Shown here piece by piece: positions 57,803-64,000 of a stretch of DNA of 64,000 nt. The notes beneath the pieces were generated by a model that was not told the DNA's origin, ran no database searches, and was given only the letters and a program-made list of their open reading frames with translations. Numbering within the stretch: position 1 is the stretch's first letter; each line of letters opens with the position of its first letter. This DNA comes from Bacteroidales bacterium (GTDB lineage Bacteria; Bacteroidota; Bacteroidia; Bacteroidales; UBA932). Where the stretch lies: positions 5,720 through 69,719 of the forward strand of contig JAFTEQ010000072.1 in NCBI GenBank assembly GCA_017453565.1, in the 5' to 3' direction. Both the position numbers and the translations under genes were made by a program.

Positions 57803-58970
57803 AAAAGTCTTTGGTAGAGTTGTTGGTATCCTGCAGGACCTCATAGCCCGCGGCGGCCGATTTGGCCTCGTTGCGCCGGCGCATAAGCGAGTGGCCCGTG
57901 TAGGTGTCGGACTGATAGACGAAACCGGCGTCGATCATAGGACCGAGCCGCTTGTTGTTGACCGAGGAGCGCCCGTCGAAGACCTCCATCCCGTCGAGGA
58001 CCCACTCCTCGGGCACGCATACCACCTGGTCGACCGTGCTCCCGGGCACCTGGATGACGCTGCCCTCCCGGGCGATGAACTCCTGTATGCTCATCCCTTC
58101 TGCCCGGAAGATGACAAGGGTGGGAGAACTCACCGAGAGAGGATAGGCGTTGGCCTGTCCGGTCTTGATGACCACCGACAGGATGTGGTCGGTGCGGATC
58201 TTGTCGCCCGGAGCGGGGTGGTAGCCCTTGTTCGTAAAATAGGTGGCGTTGTAGCACACGAAACAGTCCTCGCGGTTGAGGTTGACCGACAGGGGATACT
58301 CCTGCGCGTGGTCCACGGCCCCGTTCACGGCCACGATGGCGTCCTCGCCCGGAGCGAGCGGGAAGTCTTTCCCGCTGCCGGGGAACTGCCAGACGCACTG
58401 GATTACGGGCACATAACCGAGCCCTTCCGGCCACACGTTGGTGGCGGTGGAATTGTAGGGCGAGAGGGTGCCGAAGCAGAGGCTGTCGAGGTAGACCGTC
58501 TCGCTCACGTTGTTGTGCAGGATGAAATACTTGTCGGACTGGTGCGTGCCTTCCTTGGGGGTCTTGCGGCAGCCGCCGCAGTAGAGTTCCTTGATGACGA
58601 TTTCCCCGAAACGGGAGTGCCTGAGGTGCAGTTCCGTCCGGCCGCCGGGTGCGTTGAGTACGATTCCGCTCCGGGCCGCGTTGAAGAAGTCTTCCCCGAT
58701 CTGCGCGCTGGCGCTCAGGCGGTAGAGTCCGTCGGGCAGGGTGAAACGGGCCGTGCCCGAAGCGTCACACACGGCCTGGTAGGAGGCGCCGCTGTTCACG
58801 TCGCCCGCCGTCACCTCCACGCCTTCGAGCGGCAGGGCGGCGTAGGCCTCCTCGAGGCTGAGCGCCACTTCCAGTTCGCCCAGCGTGGCGCCGTAGTTGT
58901 CGGTGCCCGTGAGGCTCAGGCAGGAAACCGCGCACAGGGCGGCAAGAATCAGTGTAACGACTTGTTTCAT
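57771..58970 (-). CDS. DUF4876 domain lipoprotein
   Basis: Start MKQV at 58970, lipobox AVSC; IVIKELYCGGC, DKYFILHNN, LQDTNNSTKDF. Confidence 0.82.
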   Translation of the reverse strand: MKQVVTLILAALCAVSCLSLTGTDNYGATLGELEVALSLEEAYAALPLEGVEVTAGDVNSGASYQAVCDASGTARFTLPDGLYRLSASAQIGEDFFNAARSGIVLNAPGGRTELHLRHSRFGEIVIKELYCGGCRKTPKEGTHQSDKYFILHNNVSETVYLDSLCFGTLSPYNSTATNVWPEGLGYVPVIQCVWQFPGSGKDFPLAPGEDAIVAVNGAVDHAQEYPLSVNLNREDCFVCYNATYFTNKGYHPAPGDKIRTDHILSVVIKTGQANAYPLSVSSPTLVIFRAEGMSIQEFIAREGSVIQVPGSTVDQVVCVPEEWVLDGMEVFDGRSSVNNKRLGPMIDAGFVYQSDTYTGHSLMRRRNEAKSAAAGYEVLQDTNNSTKDFYETEQQSLHD

Positions 58971-61693
58971 AGCTTGATCCTGCAGCTGAGGCCGTAGTAG
59001 AAGGCCGGGGTGAATACGGCGCCCACGCCCGTGGCTCTGGACACCACGTAAGGCCGGGCGTTGGTGAAGTTGTTGGCGTAGAACGACAGGCTCACGTGGT
59101 CGCCGATCTCCTTGGTGAGGCTGAGGTTGGCGGAGGCGTAGGGCGCATAGCCGTCCTGAAGGAAGAGATAGTCGTTCGACGGATACTTGATGAGGTTGCG
59201 GAACTCGTCCTGCGCGGCTTCCGTGGCGGTGAAGGGGTGCACGACGCCATCGAGGTCCATATAGGCTACGGGCCAAAGTTCCGTAGTCCCGCCCGCGGGG
59301 ATGTTGCGCGAACGACGCAGCAGCGACACTTCCAGGCGGCAGGTTACGATGAGCCGGGCCTGGGTGATGTGGGTCACCGAGGTGAGGTTGGCATCGAGCC
59401 GGTCGCTGTTCACACCGCTCACCATCATGGAACCGCCGCCCCCGTTCTCATAGATGCCCACATAAGGGTAGGAACGGTCGGGCAGGGCGGGATTGGGGTG
59501 CGACCAGTTGTCGTTGTAGGAGTAGAAGCGGCCGTGGTCGTCGTAAGCGGAGTGCGTCCACGATGCGTCGAGCCGGAACGAGGTGCGGATGGGGCGGATG
59601 CGCGGGAAATCTACGGTGAGTTCCGTCCCGTAGCGGGTGACGGGCGCGCCGTTGGCGGGCTGCCGGGCCAGCACGAAGGTCTTGTCTTCCACGTGGAGGG
59701 TGAGCGGCGTACCGTCTACCGATACGGCTCCCGTGGTGGCGTCCAGCGCGATGACGGGCGGATCGGCCGCTCCGGTCGGAGCATCGTAGATGCGATAGCT
59801 GAAGGGGGTGTAGGCGTTGTCGTAGCGGTAGGGGTGCAGGGTGCGGTTGAGGAAGGCCACGGCCGAGAGGGAGAACCCGCCCGCGTCGAAGTCGAGGCCC
59901 AGTTCCGCGTTTTCGCTGCGCTGCCACTTGAGCGCGGGGTTGACCAGCAGGGTGTAGGGGATGGTATAATAGATGTAGCTGGCGGAACTGCCGTGCGAGA
60001 AGCCCACGCTGAGCAGGTCGCGGTATTCCTGCAGGGGATAGAGCACGTGGAAGGAGGGGAGTTTCTCGCTCACGCCCCAGCCGCCGCGCAGGGCCAGGCC
60101 CTTGCGGAGCGTCCATTTGGCGTTGAAACGCGGAGAGAACGAGTGCACGTCGGAATAGGGCGAGCCCTTTACGAATACGTTTTCCATACGCAGGCCCGCG
60201 GAGGCCTCCAGCCCGAAGGGGGTGAGGAAACGCTCTTCGGCGTAGAGGGCGAGGTTGTGCATGAAGGGATAGTCGCTGTAGGGACGGGGCCGGTAGCCGT
60301 CGGCGGCGTAGGTGGGGTCTTCATAGTATTCACCGCGCCCGGCGTTGCCCTCGGCCTTCCACTGCGCGCCCGCCTTGAAATGGCTCTTCCATCCGCCCTG
60401 GCTCAGGTCCCAGCCGTATTTGAGGGCGGCGGCGTAGTCGAGTTCGCGCGAGTCGGTGACCTTGTCGGAGAAATAGCTTGCCGGCAGGATGGAGGCCAGG
60501 TGGTAGCCCGCTTCTTCGGCGTGCACCGCCGGAAGGGGCACCGACCAGGAGTCGTAGGCGTGCACCCGGGTGAGCCGGTCGTTGTAACCCACCGACGCCT
60601 CCAGTCCCAGCCGGGTGAGGAAGGGCCGGTGCGCCTGCCATTCGAGCGAGGTGCGGGCCCGGAGCACGTTGTCGCGTCCGCGGCTGTATTCACCGGAGTA
60701 GGCGTCGGGGTCGTCCTTGCTGTCCATGCCGCCCAGGTTGCCGCTGAGGCCCGCTTCCAGGTGCAGGTCACTGCGGGGGGCGGCGGTGTAGGAGAGCGAC
60801 AGTCCGCGCCGGGTATAGGATTCGTAGGGGGAGATGGCTTTCTTCACGGCACGCGCCCATTCGGCGCCGATGTTCAGCACGCCCGCCCCGGGACCGAGGC
60901 CCACGCCCTTGGAGACGGAGACCTGACGGGTGCGGGGGTTGGTGGAGGCGGTGAAGGTGAAGGGGGTGCGTCCCTTCTTGGTGTGGATGCGCACCATGCC
61001 GCTGCCCAGGTCGCCGTATTCGGCCGAGAGCACGCCGGAGAGCACTTCCACGTGGTCTACGTTCTCTACCTGGATGTTGCGCGTGTCCACTCCGTCCGGC
61101 TCGGCGAACGAGGCGTTGCCGCCCAGCCGCACGCCGTCCACCTCGAGCGCCGTGGCGAAGGCCGCGTTGCCCGCGGAAAGGCCGCCGGAACGCATGGAAA
61201 ACACCCCTGCCTGCGTGAGGTCTGGGTTGCTCGTCTTTCCGCCCGGCAGCAGGGCCGACATATCGGTGATGGCCGAGAGTTGCAGGTGGTCGAGGGCTTC
61301 TCGCCCGATATCGTGACTGGTACCCAGTCCGTTGGCCGGCCGTTTGGCCGTGACCGTAACCCCTTCGATGGCAAGGGAAGTACGCTGGAGCCGGAAGGAG
61401 AGGTCCTCTTCGTTGCGCCGGAGGTCGATCTGGAGCGAGGCGGCCTGGTAGCCGAGCAGCGAGACGGCCATCGTCCCTTTCCCTTCCGGGACCCGTTCCA
61501 GGCGATAGCGCCCCTGCTCGTCGCTGATGGCCCAGAGGGCGTCCACGTGCACGACGGCACCCGCGAGGGGCGCCCCGTCCGCCGCGTCGGTAACCTTGCC
61601 CGAAACGCTGTAGAAGCGCGGGGCGGCGGAAAGGCCTGCGGCATGGAAAAGGAGCAGCAGGACCGTCAGCGGGAGGAGCGTGCACTTTTTCAT
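58967..61693 (-). CDS. TonB-dependent receptor
   Basis: Signal peptide, N-terminal carboxypeptidase-like domain, plug GVDTR...VEVLSGVLSAEYGDL, LSLTKEIGD, YYGLSCRIKL. Confidence 0.9.
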   Translation of the reverse strand: MKKCTLLPLTVLLLLFHAAGLSAAPRFYSVSGKVTDAADGAPLAGAVVHVDALWAISDEQGRYRLERVPEGKGTMAVSLLGYQAASLQIDLRRNEEDLSFRLQRTSLAIEGVTVTAKRPANGLGTSHDIGREALDHLQLSAITDMSALLPGGKTSNPDLTQAGVFSMRSGGLSAGNAAFATALEVDGVRLGGNASFAEPDGVDTRNIQVENVDHVEVLSGVLSAEYGDLGSGMVRIHTKKGRTPFTFTASTNPRTRQVSVSKGVGLGPGAGVLNIGAEWARAVKKAISPYESYTRRGLSLSYTAAPRSDLHLEAGLSGNLGGMDSKDDPDAYSGEYSRGRDNVLRARTSLEWQAHRPFLTRLGLEASVGYNDRLTRVHAYDSWSVPLPAVHAEEAGYHLASILPASYFSDKVTDSRELDYAAALKYGWDLSQGGWKSHFKAGAQWKAEGNAGRGEYYEDPTYAADGYRPRPYSDYPFMHNLALYAEERFLTPFGLEASAGLRMENVFVKGSPYSDVHSFSPRFNAKWTLRKGLALRGGWGVSEKLPSFHVLYPLQEYRDLLSVGFSHGSSASYIYYTIPYTLLVNPALKWQRSENAELGLDFDAGGFSLSAVAFLNRTLHPYRYDNAYTPFSYRIYDAPTGAADPPVIALDATTGAVSVDGTPLTLHVEDKTFVLARQPANGAPVTRYGTELTVDFPRIRPIRTSFRLDASWTHSAYDDHGRFYSYNDNWSHPNPALPDRSYPYVGIYENGGGGSMMVSGVNSDRLDANLTSVTHITQARLIVTCRLEVSLLRRSRNIPAGGTTELWPVAYMDLDGVVHPFTATEAAQDEFRNLIKYPSNDYLFLQDGYAPYASANLSLTKEIGDHVSLSFYANNFTNARPYVVSRATGVGAVFTPAFYYGLSCRIKL

Positions 61694-61698
61694 TCACA

Positions 61699-61733
61699 CA
61701 AAGATAGGCTTTTCTCTTTATTTGTTATTTTTG
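61699..61733. promoter_or_regulatory. Divergent -7 boxes for the TonB receptor (-) and the Fe-S protein (+)
   Basis: TATCTTTG on - strand at 61699-61706; TATTTTTG on + strand at 61726-61733. Confidence 0.7.
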
Positions 61734-61757
61734 CAAAAGTCAAAATCATCTTTTCTT

Positions 61758-63791
61758 ATGAGTAAGAGACACAACGCATATCTGCGCAACTGGCCGGCCC
61801 GCCTGCTCCAGTGGCTGGTGCTGGCCCTGCTGGTCTTTTTCCTGAGCGGAGCGGCCCTCCGGCTCTTCCCGCACACGGCGCCCGCCGATCCCGAGGCCTA
61901 CTGCCCCGCCGGCGGTCTGCAGGCACTCACGACCTATCTGGTACGCGGGTCGCTGCCTTGCAGCATGTCGTCGCTGCAGATCCTCATGGGCCTGGCGCTC
62001 GCCGCGGCCGTAGTGCTGCTGAGCAAGCTTTTCTGCGCCTACATCTGCCCGATTGGCACCATAGAAGATCTTTTTGCGCGTTTGCGTGACGCGCTGGGCA
62101 TCCACTTCGAAGGACCGCGCCGGGGGAGTGCGGGCGACTGGATCCTGCGCCTGCTGAAGTATGCGCTTCTGTTCTGGATCTTCTACATGACGGCCACCGC
62201 CAGCGAGCTGTTCTGCAAGAAACTCGACCCCTACTATGCGGTGGCGACCGGCTTCAAGGGAGAGATAACCCTTTGGATGTCCATCGTTACCGTGACGCTG
62301 GTGCTGCTGGGCGGCCTGTTCGTGAAACGCTTCTGGTGCCGCTACATCTGTCCGCTCGGCGCGGCCTCCAATACGCTCAAGTTCTGGCTGCCGCTGCTCT
62401 GCATCGTGCTGCTGTGGTGGGTTCTGTCGCTCTGCGGCCTGCATCTGCCCTGGTGGATCCTGCTCGCCGCCGTCTGCCTCTGCGGTTACCTGCTCGAGGT
62501 GGTGGTGGGAGAATCGCGCCTGCAGCTGCTCTATGTGGTGAAGGACGACGATGCCTGCACCCGTTGCGGCCGTTGCAGCAAGGCCTGTCCCTATGCCATC
62601 AACGTTTCCCAGCGCAGCGGACGCATCACATCGGTGGACTGCACGCTCTGCGGAGAGTGCGTGGCGGCCTGCGGCGACGACGCTCTGCATATCGGCATCC
62701 GGGAGAACGGCGCCCGCAGGCGCTGGACCCGCATCTTGCCGGCCCTCATCTGCGTGCTGCTCGTGGCTGCGGCCTTCTGCCTCAAGGACCGCTTCGAACT
62801 GCCCACCATCGACGTTTCCTGGGATATCCCCGAGGGCGTGAAGATGGAGACGGTGAAGATCGAGGACCTCAAGTCGGTAAAGTGCTACGGCAGTTCGATG
62901 GCCTTCAAGGCCCGGATGCAGAAGGTGCGCGGCGTGCACGGGGTGAAGACCTTCGTGGGCAGCCACAGCGTCATCATCAAGTACGACCCCACCAAGACCG
63001 ACGAGGAGAAGATCCGCAAGGAAGTCTTCGTTCCCTCGCATTTCCGCGTGTGGTCGCCCGATCCCGCCAAACTCAGTGAACTCAAGATCCTCACCATCCG
63101 CACCGAGAAGATGTACGACAAACTCGACCTCAACTACCTGGGCCTCCAGTTCCGGCAGACGGGCAAGAGTATCTTCGGCGTGGAATCGGAATACAACTGC
63201 CCGCTCATCGTGCACGTCTATGCCGCTCCGGACGAGCAGCTCGACGAGGATTTCTTCCGGGAAATCGTGAACAAGAAGGTGCTCGCCATGCCCGTACACG
63301 GGGGCGGGGTGAAGGAGACGCCGGTCGACTTCGAGTTCGTGCGCATGGAGAAGGGCGAGGGCCGCATCGGCATCTCGGAGTACCTGCACCGGATGTTCGA
63401 CCCCTTCAAGGCCGAGTTCAAGGGCAAGTATCCCCAGGGCGATACCACCGTGATCCGTCCGCGCGTGGAGGTCTATGCCGACGCGCCCCAGTACATCTAT
63501 GAGATTGCCAACCAGAGCTACGAAAAGCCCATCATCAAGCGGGCCCTGCCGTTCCTGAGCAACCACCTGAGTAAGGAAGAAGGCGTCATCGGGGTCTACC
63601 TGGCGCTCAACAAGGAACTCAAGCCCTGCATCCAGGTGCGTTTCGCGGAGCCCATGACCGCGGATCGCCTGTGGGAACTGATGACCATGGAGAAGTGGAC
63701 CATCACCTACAAGAGCGACGACGTCCGCGAGGAGAACGCCCGTATGAAGTTTACCGAACCGGGTGTCTGCTACCGCTATGAGAAGGAGTAG
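61758..63791 (+). CDS. 4Fe-4S binding polytopic membrane protein (NapH/MauN-like) with C-terminal HMA-like domain
   Basis: FCAYICP, WCRYICP, CTRCGRCSKACP, CTLCGECVAAC; SVKCYGSS...GVHGVKTFV; start at 61758. Confidence 0.82.
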   Translation: MSKRHNAYLRNWPARLLQWLVLALLVFFLSGAALRLFPHTAPADPEAYCPAGGLQALTTYLVRGSLPCSMSSLQILMGLALAAAVVLLSKLFCAYICPIGTIEDLFARLRDALGIHFEGPRRGSAGDWILRLLKYALLFWIFYMTATASELFCKKLDPYYAVATGFKGEITLWMSIVTVTLVLLGGLFVKRFWCRYICPLGAASNTLKFWLPLLCIVLLWWVLSLCGLHLPWWILLAAVCLCGYLLEVVVGESRLQLLYVVKDDDACTRCGRCSKACPYAINVSQRSGRITSVDCTLCGECVAACGDDALHIGIRENGARRRWTRILPALICVLLVAAAFCLKDRFELPTIDVSWDIPEGVKMETVKIEDLKSVKCYGSSMAFKARMQKVRGVHGVKTFVGSHSVIIKYDPTKTDEEKIRKEVFVPSHFRVWSPDPAKLSELKILTIRTEKMYDKLDLNYLGLQFRQTGKSIFGVESEYNCPLIVHVYAAPDEQLDEDFFREIVNKKVLAMPVHGGGVKETPVDFEFVRMEKGEGRIGISEYLHRMFDPFKAEFKGKYPQGDTTVIRPRVEVYADAPQYIYEIANQSYEKPIIKRALPFLSNHLSKEEGVIGVYLALNKELKPCIQVRFAEPMTADRLWELMTMEKWTITYKSDDVREENARMKFTEPGVCYRYEKE

Positions 63792-64000
63792 CCTGGCCGC
63801 GGCGCTGGCGGCCCTGTGCCTGCTGGCGTCGCCCTGCGTCCGCGCCGACGAGGGGATGTGGATGGTGAACGCCCTCTCGCGCGCGATCGTGCAGAATATG
63901 GAGCGCGAGGGGCTGCAGCTGCCCGCCGGTACCATCTACGACGAGGAGGCCGTTTCCATCAAGGATGCGATTGTCTCGCTCGATTTCGGCTGCACCGGCA
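63778..64000 (+). CDS. S46 family dipeptidyl peptidase, 5' part (runs off the window)
   Basis: Not in the ORF track; hand translation MRRSSLAAALAALCLLASPCVRADEGMWMVN...SIKDAIVSLDFGCTG contains the ADEGMW and GCTG signatures. Confidence 0.9.
   Translation, partial: MRRSSLAAALAALCLLASPCVRADEGMWMVNALSRAIVQNMEREGLQLPAGTIYDEEAVSIKDAIVSLDFGCTG

Overview
GC-rich Bacteroidales chromosomal segment, judged from SusC/SusD genes, TAnnTTTG promoter boxes and FISUMP, DUF4876 and fimbrillin-type lipoproteins. It opens with rhamnose catabolism genes (rhaA 3' end, frameshifted rhaD) running directly into a polysaccharide-utilisation locus: a shortened SusC, a full SusC, SusD and two fimbrillin-domain lipoproteins. 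This locus meets tail-to-tail with a paralogous two-gene module at the end of the recA-trpS operon. Housekeeping genes follow (rlmN, PlpD-like patatin, recX, GH20, pdxA, rnhA, rmlDC, Phe/Tyr biosynthesis, PatB, MATE), interspersed with further lyase-like CAZymes. The rest holds a TolC/HlyD/ABC-2 permease operon with AraC, a small accessory islet (hairpin-rich DNA, yefM-yoeB, AAA ATPase bracketed by a duplicated gene 3' end), a GH115-like/lyase fusion, a TonB receptor-DUF4876 operon, an Fe-S membrane protein and the start of an S46 peptidase. The best candidate for an undescribed system is five lipoproteins with a type V pilin (fimbrillin)-like N-terminal domain carrying lyase-like or uncharacterised beta-sandwich cargo, possibly an enzyme-decorated surface pilus or stalk. 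Also notable are two orphan duplicated gene 3' ends and repeated back-to-back promoters implying near-leaderless mRNAs. No tRNA, rRNA, CRISPR array, integrase or transposase was recognised. All family assignments are from motif recognition by eye, not database searches.
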